The notes below the pieces were generated by a model, which saw only the letters and a list, made by a program, of their open reading frames with translations, searched no databases and was not told the origin of the DNA. A stretch of DNA of 64,000 nucleotides from Lytechinus pictus (lineage: Eukaryota), in the NCBI RefSeq assembly GCF_037042905.1, contig NC_087251.1, positions 46,006,001 to 46,070,000 on the forward strand, read 5' to 3'. The position numbers and the translations under genes are program-made. This document shows, piece after piece, positions 25,408-37,639 of this stretch. Position 1 is the stretch's first letter, and the number at the start of each line of letters is the position of its first letter.

Positions 25408-26249
25408 GTATGACTTCTAAGGAAAGTCAACTCAGGCCCGGTTGATTTTATTATTCTCATCATTACAGGACCTTTTATTTCAAATCGAGGTATATTCAAT
25501 GAAAATTTCATTCATTACCCATGTACCAATTAAGGCTGGTTCAGAAATGATGCAAGAAAGAATAGCAACATTGTGAACAAAGTCAACAGGATATGAAGTA
25601 TAAACAAACATGCTGAAGAGGCAGTAGGTTTTTTAACTGATGATAATAATAATAGTTCATATTATAGCGCCTTTTCTGTGAGATACAAAGCGCTTTGAGA
25701 CGCCATCCCCGGTCAGTATAGGAGATACAAATGATATACAGTGACAGTATTAATGTAAGTCCAGTGCATATATGATTAGGATAACATATTTTGACTGGCC
25801 ACTGAGAGTTTTGGACAAATCAAATTATCATTCAGAATCTAGCACAGAATGAGATGTACCATAATTTTTTAAACTTAAAATCTAGGACAAATATATCTGA
25901 TTTGAGAGTATGTGTTAATCACCAATGATGAGTCTCACCATTTGCATCAAATTAAAAATGTTGATGAACTTTTCTGACTTGATGATCTCTATGTTGCACC
26001 ATGTCTGAATAAGTCTTTAATTATAAATAAATATGGCAAGAATTCCCATTCATTAAATAACAATGAATCAATGTTATATTACACCAAGTGCATAAAAATA
26101 AATTAAAAGAGTCGCAATGTATATTAAAGTATCAATGGTATTTTATTAATGAGGTGAAAATACAGCTGTTCTAAGAATGGAATTTTTCATATTCCACCAA
26201 ACTTTAAAAGAAGACGATCAAATGAATGCAGGCACCATAAAACAAATCA

Positions 26250-26760
26250 GAGCAGCGTCTCTAAGTAGGAATCCCACATTCCCACTAAGTGTCATTTCGC
26301 TTGCAATCCTCCCCTTCAGTATAGCCAATAGTAATACAATGGGAAATGTTGGAATGCCGCTGTGAAAGATACCGAGCAGGATTCCTCCTAAGCGTCTTTT
26401 TGCCTACAAAGTTACAATACTTCAGCATCGACAAAACAAATTGGAAATACCTGAATGATTCTGTGAGAAATGCTGAGTGGGATTGCTGCTCAGCACCTTT
26501 TCATTTGCAATTCTCTCATGTCAGCATGCACAACTCAATAGGGAGTGCAGAAAAGCCGCTGTAATAGATACTGAGCGAGAATCCTGCTCAGCGTCTTTTT
26601 GCCTCACTCATCCATTTCAGCATAGAGAATACAACAGGAAATATGTGAATGCTACTGTGAAAGACAATGAGCAGCATCTTGTAACAATACAAGTGAGGTA
26701 CCGTATGCAAGAATGCCACTGTGAAAGTGCTCAGTGGGAATCCTGCTATAAGAGTGGGTC
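26250..26760 (+). repeat. Degenerate tandem repeat, about 100 bp x 5
   Basis: gaatgcc.ctgtgaaaga...gag..gga.t.ctgct.agc recurring. Confidence 0.7.
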
Positions 26761-26919
26761 ACAGTTCTGTAGTGCATAAAATAGAATAAGAATATACTAT
26801 CGCCTACTCAGCTTGACCATCAAATGAATGTATCAAATTGTACATAATTATTGCATCATTCATTCAACTGCACTTCACTAATGGTGAAGGTGAGAAGAAA
26901 AATTATTGCTTTGTAGATC

Positions 26920-27197
26920 TACGTCCCATCTTACATTGATTTGAGCAACCTCAAATATGGAAAGCCACCAATGTCATAATTCTCAATACAGGTAATTTAT
27001 AAGACATCCCTTTGCAAACTAGAGGAGCACACTGAATTGTCAATACACTGATGCAGTTATGAGTATACATCTCATATACTATAGACAACACTTTGAATGA
27101 ATACATGCAACTTATGCATTCTAGATGTGAGGGTTACTGGCTTCCCATAGTTGCGATTAATCAGATCAATCACAACGTTTTGTAAGAAAAGGCCCTG
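26920..27197. mobile_element. Degenerate MITE family B relative
   Basis: Right end catagttgcgattaatcagatcaatcacaacg...tgtaagaaaaggccctg matches family B. Confidence 0.55.
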
Positions 27198-28220
27198 GAG
27201 GTAACTATCTTCCCAGAGCACAGCCAGGGAAAGATATGTAATGCTACTAGTGGGGCATTGCATGAAACTTACGTTCAATTGCAAATCAAGCACAAGCCCC
27301 GAAATCAAGCGGGTTTCTTGCATGCTCCCATAAATATTTTTTCATATAAATCATACTGATTGATATATATGGAGTATACCATTAGCCTAAAATGTCCTTT
27401 GTCAACAAGGTATTCCTGTGTTTAGCACCAAAAGAAAGAGAGAGAGAGAAAGAAGTCATTAAAGAAGACTGAATGAATTCATTCAAAAGAATAGTTACAG
27501 TGATTCTACATTACTTTTCTAAACTTGGAAGCAATCAATTTTTTCAAAGAAGTATTAACAATTTAAGGAATCATTTCATTAAGAAAAAAAATCGCAGTAA
27601 AAGGAATTCCACATTTTCATACACTCCATTATTATGTATTGCTTGCAAACCGGGCAAAATACCAGTGAGAGGAAAGTCAACTGTTATTTTTAAATCTGGC
27701 TTTGGCCCGTTTAACAGGGGTGGTAAGATTCACCTTACACTAATTACGGCAATCACCCTAAAAACCAGACGCGGATCAAGGGGGGGGGGGGAAGGGGGGC
27801 GGAGCTACGAGCGCAGCCTATAAAACACCTTTATTTGGGAGAATGTCAAGCTTTTAGGGAGGCAAACTCCCTCATTTGTGACTAATGACCTTTTTTTGCT
27901 TGTCAAATTTTCCAGAGAAATTCGCACCTGTAAGTCCAACTCTGTATCTGTGCCTAAAATCCTGTAATTTAATGCCCTCAATTGAAATATCATGGACATA
28001 AAATCCACAATCTTTTTGCAAAGTTTTTTTTCTCCAAATATCAATCCATTCCTTTAAGGCCCCACCCCCCTCCCCCATTGGAAGAATTGTAATTGTAATT
28101 ACAATGAAATACATATGTAGTTACTGCTTTCTTCCGTGAAGGGGGGGGGGGGGGCAAAAGGTCAGTCTTCTTCATATCATTAAATTAGCGTAGAAGTGCA
28201 GCAGAGTTTAAGTTGCATGA

Positions 28221-28598
28221 TTATTCACTATTTTCCATCGCTTCAGTCCCACCTGTTCTTATCGGTGCAGGTGCTCCTTTGTAGCCTATGTACACGCATC
28301 TGCATGCGACGTACACAACTATCAAGAATGTCCACGTGTATTTGGGTGACACGAAGAAGGCGTATGGCCCGTACCAATGGGTCAACCTGGAGATGGTTCC
28401 CAGAGACCGGCTCAGGACGGACTTGAGCAGAAATAAGCTGACGATGACGAGGACGATGTCCATTAATCTCCTCCAGTTCTTAATCCCGTTTCCTGAGTGA
28501 TTAGGGGAATGTTTGACTCTCACAGAGCTTTGGATGTAATAGGCTCTTGATAGATGAAGGAGACAGAAGACTGTCAATGGGAGATGAACACACAGGAG
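28221..28598 (-). CDS. TMEM62: TMEM62-like last coding exon (TM helices, ...YGPYAFFVSPKYTW...; stop at 28221-28223)
   Basis: Acceptor ccacag at 28599-28600, in frame with ORF 28221..28577. Summed exons give 2043 nt (680 aa plus stop). Confidence 0.85.
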   Translation of the reverse strand, partial: LLCVHLPLTVFCLLHLSRAYYIQSSVRVKHSPNHSGNGIKNWRRLMDIVLVIVSLFLLKSVLSRSLGTISRLTHWYGPYAFFVSPKYTWTFLIVVYVACRCVYIGYKGAPAPIRTGGTEAMENSE

Positions 28599-28669
28599 CT
28601 GTGGAGTGGTGATACAAAATAAAACATTCTTTTGGAAGACAATACTTCAATAAGTCATACAATATTTAA

Positions 28670-28992
28670 CTATGTGTATCAAAAAAGTTTACACTTTGGA
28701 AATAATATTATAGAATTATATTATCCTTAAGCTTTTTCCACATTTAAACATTGTTTAAGGTGTCTGTAAGAGAATGACGACACGACTGTCGGCAGATCTT
28801 TACGGTTGAGTGGGCCCCACTATTTTTGCTCAAACCGATTTCCTGAGCTTTACGAAAATGGACAGTATTCACTCAAGCGTAACATTCTGTCAAAATGTTA
28901 CTACCATCTGACAGATGAGACCCAAGCCTAAGAATATATATGATAAACTCATCTATATGTGGTATCCCACATCTTTGTTGATACACACTGTA
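28670..28992. mobile_element. Tc1/mariner-type MITE remnant
   Basis: gtgtatcaaaaaaag ... ctttgttgatacacactg-TA inverted termini. Confidence 0.5.
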
Positions 28993-29030
28993 GAGGTTTA
29001 CACCATATAATAACAACGTTTCGTACTCAC

Positions 29031-29149
29031 ATCAGTAACAAAGAAGAGCATTGGAAACTTGTCACCGATAAATGTAGAGTTGACATACATTCCATACAGT
29101 GTTAATGTTCCGTACATGTCCGTCACTACCTCTCCTACTAACCATGGAC
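29031..29149 (-). CDS. TMEM62: TMEM62-like exon 14 (GPWLVGEVVTD...)
   Basis: GPW..GE motif of TMEM62, donor GTGAGT, phase 1 to 0. Confidence 0.9.
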
Positions 29150-29593
29150 CTGTATGAAAAAAAAAAGTTATTTCATAAAGCGAATACATCATCTGGAAAA
29201 GGCAATTGCACTAGACCAGCAACAATTCCTTTGTATATTCACATTCCATAAATAGATCTTAAATTACATAACTCATGAGGAAGAAACATTACAAACAAAT
29301 GGGTGGTAATATGAATAACTGATAAAGTTATCTTAAAAAGATTAATCTATCAAGTTTATAGACAATATGACTTGGGATTTTGATCATTCTGTATGATATG
29401 TAATATTTAATTTGATATTGACTCGCTGTTACTTTATGACTAATTTTGAATCAATGACTCACCGATATTGTTTACAAAAACAATATTTACTTCTGTTATA
29501 TATTGTATCATTGTTTATGATATTTCTTTGCTAATGTTTAAACTTCTTTAATATAATTCATTTGTACATATGTTATGTTTATTCATTAAGATC

Positions 29594-29622
29594 CTGATGA
29601 AGGGCATGTGCCCGAATGCTTG
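29594..29622 (+). ncRNA. Degenerate minimal hammerhead-ribozyme-like motif, probably from a Penelope-like element
   Basis: CTGATGA-A-GGGC-ATGT-GCCC-GAA(T)GCTT: core box, stem II and a GAAA box with one substitution. Confidence 0.4.
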
Positions 29623-30862
29623 AAGAATTGGTATCAATCTTGCAATGGCCCTCTCCATATTCTTATTGAACTCATATATAATCATGAAGAAGGCTCGTAT
29701 GTCACCGAGGCTGATCACACTCATATTCTTCCTCCTTCTTGGTGTGCATCCTGGGAGTCCTCTCTCTCATATCCATGGCGATAAGGCTGGCAGATATACC
29801 ACAACCCATCAGGAAACCAATATCATCAATAGGAGCAACAACAACAACAACCATAATGGAATCAACGAAGATGACATCTCCGAAGTATCACACACTATAG
29901 ACAGGAAAGCCGAATCTCTCTTTCGTCTTCAGGGACACCATTTCAACAACAAAAATTTGCCCCTCTTGCTTTGCATTCCTTTTTTTTTTCAACGTGCAAT
30001 ATTTTGAGTAAGAATATTTTATATTTGATTTATGTCTTGGGACCGGCATGTGTGGGGGCACATGCCTCCGATCAACAGTGCTGGATTTTGCTTTTGTGCC
30101 CCCCTGACCTACATGCCGTTCCTGCATTTCTTTGCATGTTCGTATACTGTAATTATTTTTTCTGATGTAAGGTGTATGTACTTTTTTATATTGTTCGAAT
30201 AAATAATAATAATAATAAATACCTCTCAACATACAAGGATAGAGGTATTGTTCCGAAAGGACTATAACTGGACAAGACACAATTTGCAAAGTGCACCGAT
30301 GCCTCCCATTGCCAATCGACCTTGGTTCTCTGGAAGTCTTCAAGTTAATTCCGAATTATCACAATCAACAACTTAACCAATCAAATTGTTTCGGGCAAGT
30401 TCAGACAGACACTCCTGAAGATGAAGTTGAGTCTCCTCTCATGTTCTGCATCTGCACTTGCCGACTCAAACCAGCCTTCTCTCATCTCTCCAACTACTCA
30501 AGCCTCTTTAACTTTTCCGGTTTACAGTCTTTTTAAGGACTACACTCACTTTAGAAAAGTGTAGTGTAGAACAGATAGCAATCGACTATAAAGTGGACAG
30601 TAGACCAAATTAATTTACTTTAGCCCGTGTGGTATTAGATTATCTGAAAATAATTGTTATAGACCAATACCGTCCGCAAAGAAACATTGTTAGTGCTAAC
30701 AGTAGGCCTGGTCATACCTTTGATTGTGACATCAAACAATTCTTGTGACATCAGGTATCAACATAGTGTGACATCGGTTGTAACAGGGCTTCTGTTAGTG
30801 CATTGTTAGAGCTAATAACGTTTCAGCAGAAGGTACAAGTGAACATAACGTAACTTGCTTAC

Positions 30863-30961
30863 CTATAAGAGGATATATTGCTATTAAGATAAGAGGATAA
30901 TAGATGTCATTTGTATGAACAAGCAGTAGTAAGCCATACAAGAGAGGGTTGCCAGATGTGC
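30863..30961 (-). CDS. TMEM62: TMEM62-like exon 13 (TM segment ...YYPLILIAIYPLIG)
   Basis: Strong acceptor, donor GTAAGC, phase 1 to 1. Confidence 0.82.
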
Positions 30962-31262
30962 CTGCAAGAAAAGAAAAAAACATGAAAGGGCATTTTTTCA
31001 CACAAAAAATAGATAAGAAAAAGCAATCAAATTCGTCTTATTACAAATACTTGAAAATGACTTGTAAGACATAAATTGTATTGTAATCATTTCTTAAGGC
31101 AATAAAACAAATCCCTAATGCTACATGTCAACAAAACAAAGCAAGACCAGCTAGTTCATGATAAAAAAATAAAAATTGTCAAAAAATTACATGTAAATGT
31201 ATTTTTTGTTTTTCCACAATGTTGAAATTGTTGACTTGGCAAACATTTAAAATCAGACTTGT

Positions 31263-31300
<38 letters not shown>

Positions 31301-32001
31301 CAGAGCATTCAACAAAAAGCATTGCAAAAGGTTACTGTTTAAACACTGATATTGCATGGAAGCTAATATCATCAGATGAGAAGAGCTTTTCAGTTGTATT
31401 TTCTTATCTATCTTATAAAATCAAACAAGACTTTCAGAACTTACTAATGTATATTTTAAGGTTAAGATACAAATTATGTAATTTTCAAGATTTATATAAA
31501 AGAATGAAGCATGAGAAAGTGAGGGAGAGAGACGTGTGAGTCTGAAAAACCCAATTAGTCTGATGGTAAGAACAAAAGTAATGATATTGATGATAATAAT
31601 AATAATAATAACAATAATATTAATATTAATAATAATGATAATAATAATAACAACAATAAGTTAAGTTTTAAAGTACTTTTTCCATTAGAGGAATTAGGTG
31701 AGTTAAAATCTATTATGTTGGTGCAAAAATTCATATGATGGTGCAAACAATAAGAAAGTGAAAAGTTAGACTAAAATTTAAAAGATGCAAACTATACTGA
31801 TAAAGATTATAAAGCATAAATTATAATTCCTGCTTAATATCTTGTGTGGGAAATGAAAAAAGACTGCATTATGTAGCTTCGATTTTGAAAAGTGAAATAA
31901 TGTTGTTTTTAAATGCCTTTTAGACCATTTGGAAAATAGAGAAATACTGGAAGGGGTAATACAGAAGAGTAGTTGGAAAATCCACACTATATTAGTCTCC
32001 A

Positions 32002-32185
32002 GGTGGGTGTTTCATAAAGCTGTTCTTGAGTTCCAAACTACTTTACAAATGACTGATAATCCTTTCTTGGCAGCTATTATCAACACCGATGAAAAATGTG
32101 GGGTATATCATTCACCACAAGAAGGGGACGCCCATCATTCGTAAAGTCATTCATAACGCGCAAACAGCTTTATGAAACAGCCCCC
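32002..32185. mobile_element. MITE family A copy (diverged)
   Basis: ggtgtttcataaagctgtt ... aacagctttatgaaacag. Confidence 0.85.
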
Positions 32186-32240
32186 AAATAGCACCCAGTG
32201 AAAGAACAAAAGGCAATTACTGATTGATTACATTTTGTAC

Positions 32241-32285
32241 CTATCCAGCGAAAGTGGGCGTAACAGGCAACAACCGGCTGTTGAC
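32241..32285 (-). CDS. TMEM62: TMEM62-like candidate 45-nt exon 12 (GQQPVVACYAHFRWI)
   Basis: Acceptor ctcttttttgacag and donor GTACAA. Symmetric phase 1-1 and open frame, but not required to keep the frame. Confidence 0.5.
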   Translation of the reverse strand, partial: VNSRLLPVTPTFAG

Positions 32286-33250
32286 CTGTCAAAAAAGAGA
32301 TCATTTAATAGTGCACCTCAAGTTATCTGACATAATTACTGTTTTCAAGTGAACCCCTTTTTGCCATACCATGATGATAGTTTCAATTTAGTTTTTAATT
32401 TGTTTCATATCAAATCGACCATAATAACACAGCAAATTATTACTCAGTAAACAAAATGACAACACAAATTAAATATGTATTAAAATTAATATATTTTTTG
32501 GGAGGAGAGGGGTTTATAATAATACCTAACAATCATTATGTTTGCTGAGTGAAAAGAAGTATAATAAATGCATACTTTTCATCTTTATCTTAAAGAAAAG
32601 ATGAGGAAATGGATGGATCCACTAAAAACTATTTAAAGGAAACAATATCAAGCACATGAAAATCGATAATAAACTGGAATGAACAACAAGAATAACTTTT
32701 AACAAGAAAAAAAGGGAAATATAACAATGAATGCAAAATAATTAAAGTGCATGAAACATACACATGGGGCAATGAAGCTTAAATTTTTTGACATTTGAAA
32801 CACACATTATTCAACCAAATAATAACAACAAGAACAACAATGACAACGATAATAATAATGATAATAATAATAACACATGTAATAATAACAATAATTACGA
32901 TTAATAACAATAATAATCAATATTCATATAGTGCCTATCAAAAAACTCCAAGCACTTTAAAAATCTACAATATGCCATAAATCAAGTATCTATAAATATA
33001 TTTTAAAATATAAACCATTCTTCTCATCCTAATGAGACACAATATTCAATGTTGATTTTCGGGGAGAACAGATAAACAAAACAAATAGAAATGGCAGGAT
33101 TGCAACACAACACAACTTTCAATGCTGCATAGAGAAACATAAAATTGACAAAAAACACATGAAAACACAAAAACAAAATCAAATGGAATTTTTTATTAAT
33201 CCAAGTCAACTCTCAAATAGCTGAAAAATATGAAAGTGGAAAATCAACCA

Positions 33251-33514
33251 GGGTGGCGTTTCATAAAGCTGTTCGTGAAGTTACGCACAACTTTACGCAC
33301 GACTTAAACCTGTTCTTAGGCGCTAAATCAGTTTCATAGGGATATCATTTAGCACAAGAAAGGGTCACCAGTCGTGCGTAAAGTCATTTGTAACTTACCA
33401 ACCGCTTTATGAAACGGGCCTCAGGGTGATGTTTCATAAAGCTGGTTGTAAGTTACGAACTACTTTACGGACGACTGGAACATGTTGCAAGGTGCCAAGT
33501 TGGATACATAGGGA
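33251..33514. mobile_element. MITE family A copy plus the left half of a second copy (right half at 38131-38200)
   Basis: Complete TIR pair at 33251-33421, then a new left TIR interrupted by the hAT element. Confidence 0.8.
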
Positions 33515-36208
33515 CAACGTTCTCGCTACCACGCGTCACGGTTGGCGGGCGCCGCCAACCCTGCAAATTTTCAGGGCAAATCCGCCAACCGTGAATTTCC
33601 CCGACAACCGTGGCCGACAACTGTAAAGCAGGCCTAGATCTACACAAAAACTGAATAATATATTTAAAAAATAATCTGCTTTTCAGATCCTAAAATAAAC
33701 TTGTGGATTATTTCGTCCATGATTTCTTCCCGGGATTTCTTTGACTCAACTCACTGCTACTAGTGCGCTACATGTATATATACGATACGACCTCGACTCG
33801 AGGCCCAATCTCTTTTGTGGGAAGCGCGAAGATGTTTACCTCGCATTTGCGTATCGCATTGCTCACATTATTTACGTCTTTAAAATGGTAGTAAATACGC
33901 TCAAAAACAAGTGAGGGGAGAGGGGTATCGTGGGTTACTGGCTTGGGCAATGTAATTTAGATTATTACGAATTTCAGTTGATATTGTCACTTATTATGTC
34001 AAAAATAAAGTGTGTCAAAATTACTATCAAAATTCGATCGAAATATAGTTTCATCTCGTCCCAGGCCCCAGCCTTTATAGCTACATCTACATGAATTCAT
34101 TGAATGCATTTCTGATGACACTGCCGTAGAGCAAATTGAGAAAACTATTCAAAGATCACATTAATAATGACAAAGCCAATGGAATGGATTGATATAATGT
34201 CCAACTCATTTACTTACATCAAAATGATTTATTCACATTTAAATTCCGATTTTACTCCATTATTTCCAAAGTCTTGATCTATACATCGATCTTTTGAAAC
34301 TGTTGATTAATTTCGCGACGGCGTGTCTACCAAGTTCTGTGCCACTGCACTTGCGCTCGCAACGGTCACATTCATAATACAAATCGCACATGGCATCAAA
34401 ATCCTTGATCCGGGGATCCGATAGTCTTCCAAATTAGATGGGATCCAAAACTAATTTAATTTGATTTTTTTCATATATTCATTGAATCTGTTATAATTTT
34501 CATGATTAATAATCTTTATTAATATTATTCACATTTTTTATCATTACGACTCATTTTTTAATGTGAGTTATACGTACAGTGTATTTTCATTTGTATTGTT
34601 CTTTATTACTCTTTGTCTGCCAATCAGATAATGAGCGCACATGTCACGGGCCTGAGAATTGTTTATAGTCATCACAGTGAATGCTTTATGAATTTGTTGT
34701 ACAATTGCTTAACTACGATTTAAAATAAAATATCATTTGAAATTAATTTGTGTAAAGGAAAAAAAAAGAGAATAATGGGGGGTGGCCGTGGGCAATGTAG
34801 ATGAAAACGATGGGATGTTTGTGACTTTGTGGGGAGGGATTGTTCGTAGCGAATGAAATTGATATTCATTTATGGATGTGTCTACTTTGATTGTGGCTGC
34901 ATAATCTTTATGGCGATTGAAAAATCCACCTTGGGTCGGGAGGGGTACGTGATTCAATAGATTTCGATAGAAGTACACATTCAACAAAATGGAATTGGCA
35001 ATTCATTCACAGATATTCATTTCAAGTACGAATTATTGAAGTTGATATGTGTGAACGTTTTAGAGGATATCGGATATGTATATCGTTTTTTCACGCCCAC
35101 AATGAGTTGCTAGTATAATTTGAATATCGTTGGATGAATTTTTCAAGTTCACTTATGTCTTTATGTTTTATATCGGAATTGTGCTTTTAATATATGAGTT
35201 ATATCTTGACAACGTCGTTAGCCTAATTATACTGCGAGTGGATGATATTTATGAAATGAGTTGGAATGTGAACGAGACGCCCCAAAGCCGATGGCACGGA
35301 ATCTAATTAGTATTCACTTTCTGGGTAGAGCCAATCATTGTGCTTGAAAACGGGTTTCCCCGAATTCCCGCCCTTGGAATGTGTCCCACGTGTGTGACCT
35401 GTTAACCTGTTGTTTGAGTGAGAATCAGCTGATTTCGTGACCTCAAAAACTCTTCATGGTGTTTACGCTGGATGGGGGCTGTAAAATTAAGAAGATCTTT
35501 CTCTTTTATTCATTTTTAATAAACTGTTCGTGATTTTCAAACTACACCTATAGTGATATTGTGATGCAATTTATTGAATCACGTACCTCGATCATCCCAC
35601 TCATGGTGGAAGAAAATATTTTTTAAATTCAACAAAATATACATGAAAAGAAAGATTATTCGGCCGTCATCATCGGTAGAAGTATAGACACGTCTATAAA
35701 AATGTATTCGCTTCGAATATTGACTTCTTCACCAATCCCACTGTTCCCACACACACAATCTCAACATCCCCTTGTCATTGTCCACGCTATGACCCCTCCC
35801 CTATCGCTGTCTCCCTTTGACCATCCTACAACCCCACCCCTCTTCCTCTCTTTCTGATAAAATTTTTTTTTCACACACGCTGTATTTGTAGGCCTACATA
35901 ATGTATTATGTAAAAATAGAAATCTTATTTCCTGTCAATAAACCTATACTTTCAAAACATTTTAAATCGCAGTTAAGAACAACAAATTCGTAATATTAGA
36001 GTATTATGAGTGACTAAAATATTTCTCACGCTCGTGATGAAGCACAGCACATTCATTATTTTATAGGTGAGTAACGAACAATACAAATGAACACAGCAAT
36101 AATTGACAGTGATAAAAGAATCTCGATTGGAAATTATTAGTATAAACATCATCAACAGAAGTCTTGTGAGAGTTATAGTTTCAGTGAGTATCGAATAAAC
36201 CAAACAAA

Positions 36209-37388
36209 CAAGTGGAACGCCTCTGGCAGTCTCGCCTGCATTACGCAATTTAATATAGCAGCAGTGCTAACTTTGAAAACTACTATAAATTAATCATTCA
36301 CAAAAACATCATTCATATAATGACATAATACCACGTTCATTGACCATAAATGACATTTGAACGGAGACTTAAGACTGTCAACTACACCCATGTCCACATT
36401 TCATTCACTCTATCCATAAACTTTCAAAGTTATGATGGCACTTCAACAATTACCCCAACATGGCCTAAGTTTATTGACCTTAACTGACCTTTGACTTGGT
36501 TTTGTGACCTGAAACTCACAGGGGATGTTCAGTGATGCTTGATTACTCTTATATCCCAAGTTTTATGAACTAGATCCATAAACTTCAGAGTTAGGATGGT
36601 AATTCAACAAATACCCCCAACACGGCCAAAGTTCATTGACCTTAAATGACCATTGACCATGGTCATGTTACCTGAAACTCGCACAGGATATTCAGTGGTA
36701 CTTGATTAACCTAATGTCCAAGTTTCATGAACTAAATCTATACATTTTCAAAGTTATGATGGTAATTCAACAAATACCCCCAACTTGGCCAAAGTTCATT
36801 GACCCTAAATGACATTTGACCTTAGTCATGTGACCTGAAACTCAGGCAGGATGTTCACTAATACTTGATTAACCTTATGTCTAAGTTTCATGGACTAGAT
36901 CTATAAATTTTCAAAGTTATGATAGTAATTCAACAAATACCCCCAACTTGACCAAAGTTCATTGACCCTAAATGACCTTTGACCTTGGTCACGTGACCTG
37001 AAACTCGAGCAGGATGTTCACTTATACTTGATTAACCTTATGCCCAAGTTTCATGAACTAGGTCCATATACTTTCTAAGTTATGATGTCATTTCAAAAAC
37101 TTAACCTTTGGTTAAGATTTTGAAAATAATTTTCCCAACATGGTCTAAGTTCATTGACCCTAAATGACCTTTGACCTTGGTCATGTGACCTGAAACTCAG
37201 GCAGGATGTTCAGTAATACTTGATTAATCTTATGTCCAAGTTTCATGAACTAGGTCTATATACTTTATTAGTTATGATGTCATTTCAAAAACTTAACCTT
37301 AGGTTAAGATTTGATGTTGACGCCGCCGCCGCCGCCGTCGGAAAAGCGGCGCCTATAGTCTCGCTCTGCTATGCAGGCGAGACAAAAA
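36209..37388 (-). mobile_element. Helentron-associated (HINE/DINE-1-like) non-autonomous element with internal tandem array
   Basis: Subterminal inverted repeat GTCTCGCCTGCA at both ends, short stem-loop and (GCC)n near one end, about 6 units of about 162 bp (aagttcattgacc recurring), A/T-run junctions. Confidence 0.7.
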
Positions 37389-37488
37389 CCATGCAAATTA
37401 TATAGGCTAAGTTGGGGACCCCGTCTCATGAATACGGATGCCCATTATTTGGAAGCCTCGGAAGAAAACTTCCGAGGCTTCCAAATAA

Positions 37489-37639
37489 TACCTCGGTCAC
37501 ATTTGCTCTACGGCGAGTCGAAAACAGCCGTTTTATTCATTTTTATTCAAACCACCTATATTCAGCTGGTACAAAAAATGTTAAAACGGCTGTTTTCGAC
37601 TCGCCGTACGGCCGCCGTAGAACAAATGTGACCGAGGTA
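37489..37639. mobile_element. Hairpin MITE with TAA TSD (PIF/Harbinger-type)
   Basis: TACCTCGGTCACATTTG...CAAATGTGACCGAGGTA inverted termini, TAA on both sides. Confidence 0.8.

Noticed and set aside
29645..30007. Secreted-peptide-like ORF with a hydrophobic N-terminus
   Set aside because: No recognisable family or splice support, and it lies within a probable retroelement relic.
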